Shown: positions 8,744 to 17,989, numbered from the stretch's first letter. The stretch is DNA of 40,023 bases from Pseudomonadota bacterium (GCA_009839635.1 VXPJ01000046.1:1-40023); one strand, 5' to 3'. Numbers and translations are program-made. The notes: generated by a model not told the origin, from the sequence alone.

Positions 8744-8924
8744 CCTAGCGACCAGAAAGACAATCTACGGAATTTGGGCGGTTTCATGCATGCAAGCCGA
8801 CATGAAGTAATCTGGCCTTACTAGTCTATTACTCGGCAAGGTTGCGGGAGCAGGTAAAGTCAGGCTAATGCTTGGCCCCTGGGTAAAGTCTGCGCCCTCC
8901 TGCTTCCGTCTGAAACTTTTAAGA

Positions 8925-9090
8925 AATTTAAAAGAGATGCCAATATGAATGAATTTGAAGATCACACAGTAAAGTTGCTTGAGGCCATAGAAGTAGTTCT
9001 AGGTACCATTGCTGTACATATCGAAACTACCAATAAAACCCTCGAAAGTATGGTTGAGAAATTTGATAACCAGAGGCTACAGGGTTAGAT
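8925..9090 (+). repeat. duplicated small-ORF module, copy A
   Basis: It aligns with 9305..9484, including the Shine-Dalgarno region, ATGAATGAATTTGAAG, CCATTGCTGTACA.ATCGAAACTACCAATAAA and AAATTTGATAA.CAGAGGC.ACAGGG.TAGAT. Confidence 0.8.
8945..9088 (+). CDS. small ORF (47 aa), paralogue A
   Basis: Hand translation MNEFEDHTVKLLEAIEVVLGTIAVHIETTNKTLESMVEKFDNQRLQG. Below the track length cutoff. Supported only by conservation with the paralogue at 9327..9482 in the same frame. Confidence 0.4.
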   Translation: MNEFEDHTVKLLEAIEVVLGTIAVHIETTNKTLESMVEKFDNQRLQG

Positions 9091-9100
9091 CTATTTATCA

Positions 9101-9292
9101 ATGCTCTGTCCCCGCTGCACCGGCAAGACCCGGGTAAAGAACAGCAGGCCGTACGAGAACTATGTTTACCGCCAACGTGCCTGCAAGGACTGCGGGTACA
9201 TCTTTCCCACCCTTGAATACGAGCCCGGCGTTATCAATGCAATGGCCCGTGAAGCTTGTTTGTCCGTTCGTCTTTTCAAGAAATACCCGTGA
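9101..9292 (+). CDS. NrdR-like zinc-ribbon protein lacking the ATP-cone
   Basis: MLCPRCTGKTRVKNSRPYENYVYRQRACKDCGYIFPTLEYE follows the NrdR N-terminal pattern M-x-CP-x-C-x3-4-T-x-V-x-[DN]SR...R-x-R-x-C-x2-C...F-x-T-x-E. The ORF is only 63 aa, so there is no ATP-cone. Confidence 0.55.
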   Translation: MLCPRCTGKTRVKNSRPYENYVYRQRACKDCGYIFPTLEYEPGVINAMAREACLSVRLFKKYP

Positions 9293-9304
9293 TCCCGCTT
9301 TTTT

Positions 9305-9484
9305 CAAATTTTAAGGAGATATCGATATGAATGAATTTGAAGGTCGAACAGTACAGGCACTTGAAGCCATAGAAGAAGCCCTGTCTACCATTGCTGTACA
9401 CATCGAAACTACCAATAAAGTCCTCGAAAGTATTGCAAATATGATCATTGATAAATTTGATAATCAGAGGCCACAGGGCTAGAT
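9305..9484 (+). repeat. duplicated small-ORF module, copy B
   Basis: See copy A. This copy carries a 12-nt in-frame insertion. Confidence 0.8.
9327..9482 (+). CDS. small ORF (51 aa), paralogue B
   Basis: Hand translation MNEFEGRTVQALEAIEEALSTIAVHIETTNKVLESIANMIIDKFDNQRPQG. TAAGGAG lies upstream. It differs from paralogue A by a 4-codon insertion that keeps the frame. Confidence 0.4.
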   Translation: MNEFEGRTVQALEAIEEALSTIAVHIETTNKVLESIANMIIDKFDNQRPQG

Positions 9485-9761
9485 TTTTCTCTTATTCGCC
9501 ATACAAACATAGGAGCTACATTCTATGAAGCAGAGCCATCTAAAGAAAATCACCCTAAGATAATTTCAGAGTGCGGTGAGATCGATCATGCATGGTGGCA
9601 AGCCAGAGGAAAAGGCCGTAAACCGGATGCCGACCAAGAAGGAACTGGACACGAAATGGCGACTGGTCCGCAAATAGCGGGCAGGGTCTTTGCGTATTTA
9701 GGTATATAATTCCCATTCGAAACCATATCCCAACAACACCCAGCCCAAAACTTCCCGACTT

Positions 9762-9798
9762 AAGGCGCGGGTTCAGGCCTGAACTCTTGGTGCGCCTT
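9762..9798 (-). terminator. hairpin terminator of the TonB-dependent receptor gene
   Basis: AAGGCGC (9762-9768) pairs with GCGCCTT (9792-9798, overlapping the stop codon). An inner palindrome TTCAGGCCTGAA is present, and a T-run follows on the minus strand (GGAAGTTTTGGG). Confidence 0.45.
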
Positions 9799-12316
9799 AC
9801 CAGCCAAGGCTGGCATTGACAAAGTAGGTGCGACCGCGCACGGAATCGTAGCTCAACACCGGGTTGTTCGGGTTTGCCGGGTTCGAGGCTGGCTTGCGAT
9901 CATCGATATTGAGTGCACCGGCACTGAGCCTCAACCCCTGCAGGCCGTAGGCGCCCTGCCAGTGCAACGCCAGGTCATGACCCGTCCAACTGTTCCAGCG
10001 GCCCGTGCGCGTTGGATTGTAATAGCTGGACATCGAATGGACGTTCCAGCTTGCCGTCAAATCTCCCCGGCTTGCACGCAGCACGGCATGGACGCGGTGG
10101 CGCGGGAAGTCGCCCGGCTGCTTCACGCCCTGCACCCTGGAATAGCTGTCGATGGTGCGCAGGTAGTTGATGTCCAGGTCCAGCAGCGCCCAGGCAGTCT
10201 CCCAGGCCGCTCCGGCACGCAAGGCCAGGCCCTCGGTGCGGCTGTCGTTGTCCCTGTCGTTCATCAGCGGGCGCACGATCTTTTCGATCGTTCCGGTCTC
10301 ACTGCCCCCGACACGCAAGACTTGTGCACCCTCCGGCAAGTCCTGGCCACGGTTTTCCAGGTTGACGAGAAGCTGAGTGCTCGGCCGGGAAGCCCGGTTC
10401 CAGACTTTTTGTCGATACCAGTCGGCCGTGAGAAACATCGATGTGAATCGTAGGGTGGCACCGATGCCGACCGAACTGGCCTTGGCCGGGACAAGGTTCG
10501 GGTTTCCGACATCCTCGGTCTTGATCTGAAGCACGGGCGCCTGATCGACGCACGCCTGCGGATTATCAAGGTAGGCCTTGCAGTCGCGCACGTATGGGAA
10601 AACGTTTCTGTCGGACTCGTACAGATCCCGGATGCCTGGTGAGAACTCCGTGTAATCGGAATGCAGGCGAAATCTGAATGCATCGTTCACCCGGTAGTGG
10701 CTGGACACCCGCCAGGCCGGTGTCCCGCCAACATCGTCATAGTCCCGGAGCCGACCGGTCAGCACCAGCTCCCAGTCCGGAAGCACGGGCAGGCTTGCCG
10801 CCGCCTTGGCCGACATCACGTGACGGTCCGCATCAACCAGCGAGCCGCCGCCGCCGAGGACCTTTGTGACATCGTACACCCGGTTTTCGAAATCCCGGTG
10901 ATGGACCACATCCTGAAACGAGTAGTCCTCGAACTCGAAGGCGGTCGTCCAGCGGACCGGGCCGCCGGGCAGGGCCAGGGCGGATCCATCGAGTGCAACG
11001 TGCAGCACCGTGATCTCCTCGTCATAGTTCTGGCGGCTGTGCAACGAAGTCCTGTGGATAGCGGCCAGGTGAGCCGGCTCTGTGGAAAGCGGGTTCACGA
11101 AGTCGTAGTCGCCGCTCAGGATCTCGGCGGTTACCAGTTCTTCACTGACGAACGTCTTGCCGTCTTCCACGCCACGTTTGCGGTAATGCCGGATATGTGC
11201 GTCATAGCCCAGACCCGAGGCCAACTCTCCGCGGATCCCGGCAACGAGATTGCGATCATTCCAGTCCCAGCGCCAATTCCGTGTACCGTGGCCCACGAAG
11301 CGGTGGGCGAGCGTCACGCTGCCATCGACCGGAATCACAAGACCCGGGACTGCGGCCTCCAGCGTATCTTGGACGGAGCTGGCCTGTGAGACATCGAAGG
11401 TAAAGGTGCCGGGCGGCGGTGCCCAGGTGTAGCGGGTGCGTGTCTGGGCAGCGAGCACATCCAGATAGATCTCCGCACTCTCCCCGATGGGGTGATCGGC
11501 ATGCAGAAACACGCTCTCCCGCTGGCTCCTGGGATAACCGGCGAACCACGCGACATTACCATACGGGTAGCCGCAGACCTCACCACTACTGCCCGCAAGG
11601 GGGCCCGTGTAAACCTGGGGGTCGCAGGCACCGATGGCATAGCTGTCATCACCGACAAGCAGTGTGTTGCCGGCAATTGACACACTTTGCGCACCGGCCA
11701 GGGAATCGGTGAACCGGGTGCGGGTGTAGCTGCGTTGGGAATCTTTCACTTCCTCGCTGAAAGCATGGTCAATGCCGACCAGGACATGACCACTCCCCAC
11801 GGGTCCACCCCAGATGGCACTGCCGGCGTTGGAGTCGATGCCGGGTTGATCCGGGCGGCCCAGGCCGGCTGAAACCTCGCTGCCCTGGAAGTCGCGACGG
11901 CGTACGATGTTGATGGTGCCATCGCCGATATGCCCGCGGTAGCGGGTCGCACCTTCCTCGATCAGCTCAATACGCTCAATACTCGAGAGCGGGAAAATGG
12001 AGAAGTCGAGTCCCGTGACCGGCCGACCGTCCACCCGGTAGGAGCCGCCGATCGCCGCGGACAGGCCGTTGATTCCAAACACGTTGAACGCCGAGCGGCT
12101 GGACAGAAACTGCGACAGGGTGGTCATCCCCGAAAGCTCGATCGCTGTCCGGTCAATGACCAAGATGGGTTTCGGAGTGTGCGCCTCGCTCTGGCTGTAT
12201 ACCGGCAAGGCCATACAGGCCAGTACAAGTGCAATCAGTAGCGTGGCAACCAGCCTGTGGGCTCGCCGATTTCGCCGCAGGGTTTGGGAAATTTCAGGGG
12301 TGTTGTCGGCCGTCAT
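9797..12316 (-). CDS. TonB-dependent outer-membrane receptor
   Basis: Plug-domain pattern (IDRTAIELSG...SIERIELIEEGATRYRG...GTINIVRRRDF), a long beta-barrel and the C-terminal ...GRTYFVNASLGW. Start chosen at ATG 12316 (MTADNTPE..., GAGGAGG upstream) rather than the track start 12424. Confidence 0.9.
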   Translation of the reverse strand: MTADNTPEISQTLRRNRRAHRLVATLLIALVLACMALPVYSQSEAHTPKPILVIDRTAIELSGMTTLSQFLSSRSAFNVFGINGLSAAIGGSYRVDGRPVTGLDFSIFPLSSIERIELIEEGATRYRGHIGDGTINIVRRRDFQGSEVSAGLGRPDQPGIDSNAGSAIWGGPVGSGHVLVGIDHAFSEEVKDSQRSYTRTRFTDSLAGAQSVSIAGNTLLVGDDSYAIGACDPQVYTGPLAGSSGEVCGYPYGNVAWFAGYPRSQRESVFLHADHPIGESAEIYLDVLAAQTRTRYTWAPPPGTFTFDVSQASSVQDTLEAAVPGLVIPVDGSVTLAHRFVGHGTRNWRWDWNDRNLVAGIRGELASGLGYDAHIRHYRKRGVEDGKTFVSEELVTAEILSGDYDFVNPLSTEPAHLAAIHRTSLHSRQNYDEEITVLHVALDGSALALPGGPVRWTTAFEFEDYSFQDVVHHRDFENRVYDVTKVLGGGGSLVDADRHVMSAKAAASLPVLPDWELVLTGRLRDYDDVGGTPAWRVSSHYRVNDAFRFRLHSDYTEFSPGIRDLYESDRNVFPYVRDCKAYLDNPQACVDQAPVLQIKTEDVGNPNLVPAKASSVGIGATLRFTSMFLTADWYRQKVWNRASRPSTQLLVNLENRGQDLPEGAQVLRVGGSETGTIEKIVRPLMNDRDNDSRTEGLALRAGAAWETAWALLDLDINYLRTIDSYSRVQGVKQPGDFPRHRVHAVLRASRGDLTASWNVHSMSSYYNPTRTGRWNSWTGHDLALHWQGAYGLQGLRLSAGALNIDDRKPASNPANPNNPVLSYDSVRGRTYFVNASLGW

Positions 12317-12603
12317 GATTCCTCCTCGCAATTCGATTCCAAGCCTGTGCCTCGATGGCTGATGTCCCACGTGCCATAGGGCCCGCACAGTGTGTCCTGC
12401 ACTATGGAACCCGCATTCGCGCATGTCAAATTCGCCCGTGCCCAGCTCACATTTCCTGCTGCCCCCATCATTCCCGTTCCGTGAATTCCATCCCCGGGAT
12501 CCCTGCCAGGAATCGAGCTCATACCGAAGATACGCACATATTGTTATTCAGTTTCTACCTATATACTATATGTAGCGGAATTGTATATAATTCCTGCTAT
12601 TTT

Positions 12604-12639
12604 CATGATTTCGTCATTTGATTACATGATGAAATCATG
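12604..12639. promoter_or_regulatory. AT-rich inverted repeat in the TBDR / autotransporter divergent region
   Basis: CATGATTTCGTCAT (12604-12617) and ATGATGAAATCATG (12626-12639) are reverse complements at 13 of 14 positions, with an 8-nt spacer. Confidence 0.35.
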
Positions 12640-12744
12640 TAGCCGCACCAATACGGGACCCGCGCCACGGAGGCCAAGGCACTTGCACAAGGACATTGCG
12701 ACTGCTCCACCACGCACCGGCACAGACCGGACCAGGGGGCTGAT

Positions 12745-15700
12745 TTGATCGCCTGCCCCCACTCCCTCGTCCGATTCCTGCGGTTCCTGGCGTTCGTGCT
12801 GGCAGCCCTGGTCTTGCTGGGTCCGCAAGCCCAGGCCGGCGATCTGTGCAAGAACACCAGGCTGCATGCCGAGTGGGACGAGTTGCCGAATTCCGATACG
12901 GACAGCTGGGCGGTGGTCAGCAACGCGCCCTTCCAGACGGGACGCAGTCCCCGGGCACGGATTCAGGCCTGCCTGCGCAATTCGGAGTTCAGTAACCTGC
13001 TGGGCTACAGCGGCTCCCCGTTCCGCTTCATCATCAAGGTGCACGTCAACGGCATTACCTACTGCCCGAACAACGGCTACGGGTACGACCGCTACAAGGC
13101 CGACGGCACGGGCACCGAGGTCGATACGGAAACGGCCTATGCCTCGTCCAGCTTCGGCTTTGACATGCTGGTGCCGATTGCGCCCGACGATGTGGTCACC
13201 TTTTCCTGGGACTCGGACGGCGTGGCCGACCGTTCGCAGGGTTGCAGTACCCCGCGCGGGCTGAACGTCATCACCACCCCGGTGCTGAACATGACGGGCG
13301 AGGAAGACTCGAGCACGAGGGATACGGAGGACACGGACACGGAAGGCTTGGAGAACACCGTGGACCTGCCGACGGTCACGATCGAGGCAGACGCCTCGAC
13401 CGTGGAAGAGGGCAAAACCGCCGACTTCACCCTGACCCGAACCGGGAGCACGGCATCAGCACTCACGGTCAATGTACTCGTGACCGAAAGCGAGGACATG
13501 ATCCCGACCTCCCTGGAGAGGTCACACACTGTAACCTTCACCTCCGACAATGATACCGCCACGCTCTCCCTGCAAACCGACAACGACGAGTTGGATGAAC
13601 TCGACAGCCTGGTCACTGCTACCGTGATCGCGCAATCCGGCTATACGGTCGGCGGCACGGGCTCGGCCTCGGTCACCGTCGAGGACAACAATTGGCCGAG
13701 CGTGACGATACACGCGGGCCCCTCGCCGATCAGCGAGGCGAACGGGCCGGCAGCCTTCACCCTCAAGCGCGTGGGCCTCACCGAAGAGGCGCTGGTCGTG
13801 AACATACGGGTGGCGGAATCCCACAGCATGGTGGATTCGGGCTACACCTATCCCACGACCCTGACCATTCCGGCCGGACAGGCGATGGAGATCATCGAGG
13901 TGCCGATCCATGACGATACGAACGACGAGGACAACAGCACGATCACGGTGGCGATCGAGCCGGGAGGTCCCAGGTCCTACACGATCGGCTCGCCTTCCAG
14001 CGCCTCGGTCATCGTCGAGGACGACGACACCACCCCGGGACTCCCGGTGGTGACCATCCGTTCGGACCGTTCGAGCCTGACGGAAGGTCAAAGCGCAACC
14101 CTGACCCTTTCGCGAAGCGGGGACACCACGGCAACCCTGGACGTGACGGTAAGCGTGCAGGAGACCGGAGAGATGACCACGCAGGACGGCACGAGCACGG
14201 AAACGTTCGGCGTCAGTGATAGCCGGATCCAGCTGACCCTGGATACCGTGGCAGACGACGTGGACGAGCCCGACAGCCGCATTACCGTGACGGTGATCGT
14301 CGACAGCGCCTACACCGTGGGTACGCCTTCCGCCGCGACGATCGACGTGCGCGATGATGACGGCACGAGCCACGGCACTACGGGCAATCCGCGCAACCCG
14401 CAGGCCGGGCCTGGCGGGGTGCTGCCGGAGATCGTGATCCTGGCGGGTCCCTCGCCGGTGGTCGAGGGCACAGAGGTGGCCTTCACGCTGCGAAGGTCCG
14501 GGCCGATGGAGACCGCCCTGAAGGTCGAGGTTGCAGTGAGCGAGTCCGGCAGGATGCTGCAGAGGCCCCCTCCTGCGCACGTATCCTTCGATGCCGGCAA
14601 GATGCTCGCCCTGCTGTCGGTGCCGACGGTCGCCGACCGGCGCAATGAACCGGACAGCGTGGTCACGGCGCGCCTGCGGGCTGCCACCACTTACACGATT
14701 GGCCAGCCGGGCACCGCAACCGTGGTCGTGCGCGACGACGATGAGCCGACCGGATCGCGCACGCGGGTCAATGACGAACTGCTGCCGCGCATCACCCAGG
14801 CGATGATGTCGAGCACGCTGTCCGCCATCTCCAGCCGACTGGAGATGGCCGCACCCGGGGGCGTGGACAAGAGAAAGACCCCGGAGGCCGAGGCGGAGGA
14901 GGAAGTGACCTCGATCGAGGAGATCCTGATCTCCATTCCCCAGCTGCAACCCGGCGAGTCCGTGGACCTCAAGTACCTGTTGGATGGAAAATCCTTCGTG
15001 CTGCCGCTCGGGGCCGACAGCGGACCCTGGGAAGCAGCCTCGCTGTGGGTACGCGGCGACTATCGTGACGTCGGCGGCGGGCGCGACCGCCCGGTCATCT
15101 GGGACGGCGACCTGACCAACGCCCACATGGGGCTCGATGCGTGGCTGCGGCCCAACCTGCTGGCCGGCATCGCGCTATCGCGCTCAGACGGCGACTTCGA
15201 TTTCCACGACCGCGAGGATGCCGTACAGGGCGATTACGATGCCGAGCTGACCAGCCTGCACCCGTACCTCAGCTGGTCCTCGCCGGACGACCACATGCAC
15301 ATCTGGTCCACCGTCGGCTACGGAGAGGGCGAAGTGCGAATCGACGCGGAGGGCTGGCGCGATTCCAGTGACACCCAGATGATGAGCGCGACGCTCGGCT
15401 TCAGCAGCCGCCTGGCCACGATGCAAAACCAGTATGCACCCGGGGTCTCCACCCTGCGCCTCAAGGGCGAGGGCAATGCCACGAAAATCCGTGCCCGCGG
15501 CGGCGAGGAGATCGCTTCCCTGAATGCCGGCTTCAGGCGTACGCGCCTGGCACTGGAAGGCAAGCACGTGCTCGAGAAAAGCGACGGCCGGCTGCTGATC
15601 CCCTCGCTGGAAGTGGGCTTTCGCCATGACCGCGGCGATGCTCTCACCGGCTCCGGCATCGAACTCGGCACCGGGGTGCGCTACAGCGATCCGAATCGGC

Positions 15701-16149
15701 GCCTCGCCATGGAAGGCAGGGCCCGCGTTTTGATCGACCACGACGACGATTACGACGAGTGGGGCCTGATGGGCGAGATCCGGGTCGATCCCACGCCCGG
15801 GCGCCACGGCCTTGCATTCAGCCTCTCGCCGCGCTGGGGCCTGCCGTCGAGTTCCCTGAACAGGCTCTGGGCCTGGGATGCCGGCACCGGACAGCAGGAG
15901 GTGCGCCCGCAGATGACCGGGCAGTTGAATGCCAAGCTTGAATACGGGTTGCCGGCACTTGGCGGGCAGGGTCTCTGGGTACCGTTTGCCGACATCTCGC
16001 TGATCGACGAAGGCGGCCTGGACATCCGCCTGGGGAGCAGTCTCGAGGTTGCCCGCTCGCTGCACCTGAGCCTCGAAGGCGGGCGTCTCGGCGACACCGC
16101 GGATGCCTCTGGGTACGGCATCGGGCTGTGGTCCAGGATGCAGTTCTGA
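12745..16149 (+). CDS. autotransporter with four Calx-beta-like passenger repeats
   Basis: TTG start, signal peptide ...LLGPQAQA. Four ~110-aa repeats (LPxVTIxAxxSxxxEGxxAxFTLxRxG...ALxVxVxVxES...DDxxEPDSxxTxxV...YTxGxPxxAxVxVxDDD). C-terminal beta-domain ends ...GIGLWSRMQF. Confidence 0.85.
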   Translation: MIACPHSLVRFLRFLAFVLAALVLLGPQAQAGDLCKNTRLHAEWDELPNSDTDSWAVVSNAPFQTGRSPRARIQACLRNSEFSNLLGYSGSPFRFIIKVHVNGITYCPNNGYGYDRYKADGTGTEVDTETAYASSSFGFDMLVPIAPDDVVTFSWDSDGVADRSQGCSTPRGLNVITTPVLNMTGEEDSSTRDTEDTDTEGLENTVDLPTVTIEADASTVEEGKTADFTLTRTGSTASALTVNVLVTESEDMIPTSLERSHTVTFTSDNDTATLSLQTDNDELDELDSLVTATVIAQSGYTVGGTGSASVTVEDNNWPSVTIHAGPSPISEANGPAAFTLKRVGLTEEALVVNIRVAESHSMVDSGYTYPTTLTIPAGQAMEIIEVPIHDDTNDEDNSTITVAIEPGGPRSYTIGSPSSASVIVEDDDTTPGLPVVTIRSDRSSLTEGQSATLTLSRSGDTTATLDVTVSVQETGEMTTQDGTSTETFGVSDSRIQLTLDTVADDVDEPDSRITVTVIVDSAYTVGTPSAATIDVRDDDGTSHGTTGNPRNPQAGPGGVLPEIVILAGPSPVVEGTEVAFTLRRSGPMETALKVEVAVSESGRMLQRPPPAHVSFDAGKMLALLSVPTVADRRNEPDSVVTARLRAATTYTIGQPGTATVVVRDDDEPTGSRTRVNDELLPRITQAMMSSTLSAISSRLEMAAPGGVDKRKTPEAEAEEEVTSIEEILISIPQLQPGESVDLKYLLDGKSFVLPLGADSGPWEAASLWVRGDYRDVGGGRDRPVIWDGDLTNAHMGLDAWLRPNLLAGIALSRSDGDFDFHDREDAVQGDYDAELTSLHPYLSWSSPDDHMHIWSTVGYGEGEVRIDAEGWRDSSDTQMMSATLGFSSRLATMQNQYAPGVSTLRLKGEGNATKIRARGGEEIASLNAGFRRTRLALEGKHVLEKSDGRLLIPSLEVGFRHDRGDALTGSGIELGTGVRYSDPNRRLAMEGRARVLIDHDDDYDEWGLMGEIRVDPTPGRHGLAFSLSPRWGLPSSSLNRLWAWDAGTGQQEVRPQMTGQLNAKLEYGLPALGGQGLWVPFADISLIDEGGLDIRLGSSLEVARSLHLSLEGGRLGDTADASGYGIGLWSRMQF
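13366..14742 (+). repeat. four tandem Calx-beta-like coding repeats inside the autotransporter gene
   Basis: Repeat units start at LPTVTIEAD, WPSVTIHAG, LPVVTIRSD and LPEIVILAG. Each ends in an acidic V(E/R)DDD/DNN boundary. Confidence 0.8.
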
Positions 16150-16198
16150 GGGCACGCCCGGGCTTCCATAAGCGCCTGTCCTGGCCTATCCTGCTTCG

Positions 16199-17329
16199 AT
16201 GCAGGACCATCAGGAATCTCCGCCGGGTCTGGAGTACGATACCTCGGCGCCGGTACTGGTAACCGGGGCCACCGGCTACGTCGCGGGCTGGCTGACCCGG
16301 CGGCTGCTGGAGGAGGGCTTCAGTGTGCATGCGGCAGTGCGCAACCCGGGCATTGCCAACCAGATGACACACATCGAGCGAATGCGCCGCGAACTGCCGG
16401 GCTCCATCCAGTTCTTCCAGGCCGACCTGCTTGAACGCGGCAGCTACACCCGGGCCATGAAGGACTGCAGCGTCGTCTTTCATACCGCCTCACCATTTGA
16501 GTTTGCCGTTCGCGACCCGCAGCGCGAACTGATCGATCCCGCGGTACTCGGCACCCGCAGCGTGCTGGACAGCGTCAACGTCACGGGCAGCGTGCGCCGG
16601 GTAGTGCTGACCAGCTCCGTGGTCGCGACCTACGGCGACAATGCGGACATCGCGAAGCTGCCGGGCAAAGTTCTCAACGAGGAGGCCTGGAACACGACGT
16701 CCACACCCAAGCACCAGCCCTATCCCTACTCAAAGACGCAGGCGGAACGCATCGCCTGGGAAATTGCCGAAGCGCAGGATCGCTGGCGCCTGGTGACCGT
16801 CAACCCGGGACTGGTCCTCGGACCCTGTGTCACCGACTACATCCCAGACGCCTACTCCTTCTCACTGATCAAGAAGTTTGCAGACGGCACCCTGAAAGCT
16901 GGCGTGCCCCCCTACGAGACCGGCATGGTGGATGTGCGTGACGTGGCCGAAGCCCACCTGCGTGCAGGCTTCCTGCCCGGGGCGCAAGGGCGCCACATCA
17001 TCTTCTCCGATGTGAAACGCTTCATCGACGTGTCCGCACTGTTGCATGCCATGTTCAAGGATCATCGGCCATTTCCCCACCGGGTGCTGCCGAAATGGCT
17101 CCTCTGGCTGGTGGGGCCGCGGGCTGACAAGGCATTCACCCGCCCCGTTGTCAGCAAGAACATGAGACATCCATGGCGCGCCGACAATTCCAAGTCCAGG
17201 CAATCCCTGGGCATGCAATACCGTGCCATTGAGCAGGCCATCACCGACATGTTCTCGCAGATGATCGAACTGGGAGCGGTGCAAGTGCCCCAAGCCCTGA
17301 CCGGCAGCCACAAACCCGGCACTTCATGA
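16199..17329 (+). CDS. NAD(P)-dependent extended SDR, epimerase/dehydratase or aldehyde/flavonol-reductase-like
   Basis: VLVTGATGYVAGWLTRRLLEEG Rossmann motif and a YPYSKTQAE catalytic YxxxK. Confidence 0.9.
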   Translation: MQDHQESPPGLEYDTSAPVLVTGATGYVAGWLTRRLLEEGFSVHAAVRNPGIANQMTHIERMRRELPGSIQFFQADLLERGSYTRAMKDCSVVFHTASPFEFAVRDPQRELIDPAVLGTRSVLDSVNVTGSVRRVVLTSSVVATYGDNADIAKLPGKVLNEEAWNTTSTPKHQPYPYSKTQAERIAWEIAEAQDRWRLVTVNPGLVLGPCVTDYIPDAYSFSLIKKFADGTLKAGVPPYETGMVDVRDVAEAHLRAGFLPGAQGRHIIFSDVKRFIDVSALLHAMFKDHRPFPHRVLPKWLLWLVGPRADKAFTRPVVSKNMRHPWRADNSKSRQSLGMQYRAIEQAITDMFSQMIELGAVQVPQALTGSHKPGTS

Positions 17330-17430
17330 ATCCTGTGCAGGGGACACTCCACCCCTAGCCCATAACGTCTTGTTTTTCTTCTCATGCCCGGGTGCTTTGT
17401 ATATACTTGTTCCTTACTAAGGAGAACCCC

Positions 17431-17718
17431 ATGTCTGAAAAAGATGACCAGGAAATACTGGAGAACGTCAAGAGTTCCGTCGATTTCAGTATTGTCACGG
17501 ACAATATCCTCGGGATTGCAGACTTCGTGATTGAAAAGCACGAATTCAAGAACGACTGTAGCCTCACGGACGAGCAGCGCGAACAGGCGACCGCGAAGAT
17601 CAAAGAAGCCCTGTGGGCACAGGTCGAGTCGCTCAAGCTGGAACGCAAGTCAATCCTGCAGGAAATGTTCGACAGCGCGGAGAGTGCCCTGGCGCAAGTG
17701 ATGCGCGACGGAAGCTGA
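17431..17718 (+). CDS. hypothetical acidic helical protein (95 aa)
   Basis: ATG at 17431 is preceded by AAGGAGAACCCC. No family recognised. Confidence 0.5.
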   Translation: MSEKDDQEILENVKSSVDFSIVTDNILGIADFVIEKHEFKNDCSLTDEQREQATAKIKEALWAQVESLKLERKSILQEMFDSAESALAQVMRDGS

Positions 17719-17989
17719 TCGACGCCGAGTGAAGCTGACGGGCAGACCTGCCTGAGCAGATTCCATACACTGCATCGCCCATCGCACCATCTTCGGGTCA
17801 AACGAGAACGAAGGCCGGCGCTCGACACCGTGAACATCGAGCGGCTGTCCGACCAAGACCCGATCCCCCTGCATCCCTGATCCGGACATTCGTCAGGGCT
17901 CCAGACTAGATACTCCCAGATCATTAGGCAGGCCGGATACGGCATGCGGCTTCCCGGCAACCACTACGCCCGGAATCCGGTGCGTGGGT

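Noticed and set aside
9702-12594. The identical 12-mer GTATATAATTCC lies on both sides of the TonB-receptor gene (9702-9713 and 12583-12594), possibly marking an insertion of the receptor gene.
   Set aside because: The similarity does not extend beyond the 12-mer. Both sites are AT-rich promoter-like sequence, and there is no transposase or integrase. Evidence is insufficient.
13522-15126. Very long antisense or alternative-frame ORFs, for example 13522..15126(-), 15184..16155(-), 19076..20218(+), 21590..23335(+) and 23568..25610(-). Others are 26405..27712(-), 29013..29954(+), 30812..32665(+), 32903..34324(+), 34528..35556(+), 35881..36741(+) and 38160..39302(-).
   Set aside because: Each lies wholly inside a gene with strong family motifs on the other strand or frame. 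Their translations are Arg/Gly/Pro/Ala-rich and low in complexity, as expected for stop-poor frames in GC-rich DNA. None has a Shine-Dalgarno or a recognisable motif.
16199-17329. The SDR gene as the missing azoline-to-azole oxidoreductase.
   Set aside because: Azoline dehydrogenases are FMN nitroreductase-fold (SagB-like) enzymes, whereas this is a Rossmann NAD(P) extended SDR. It also lies 6 kb from the locus, separated by unrelated genes.
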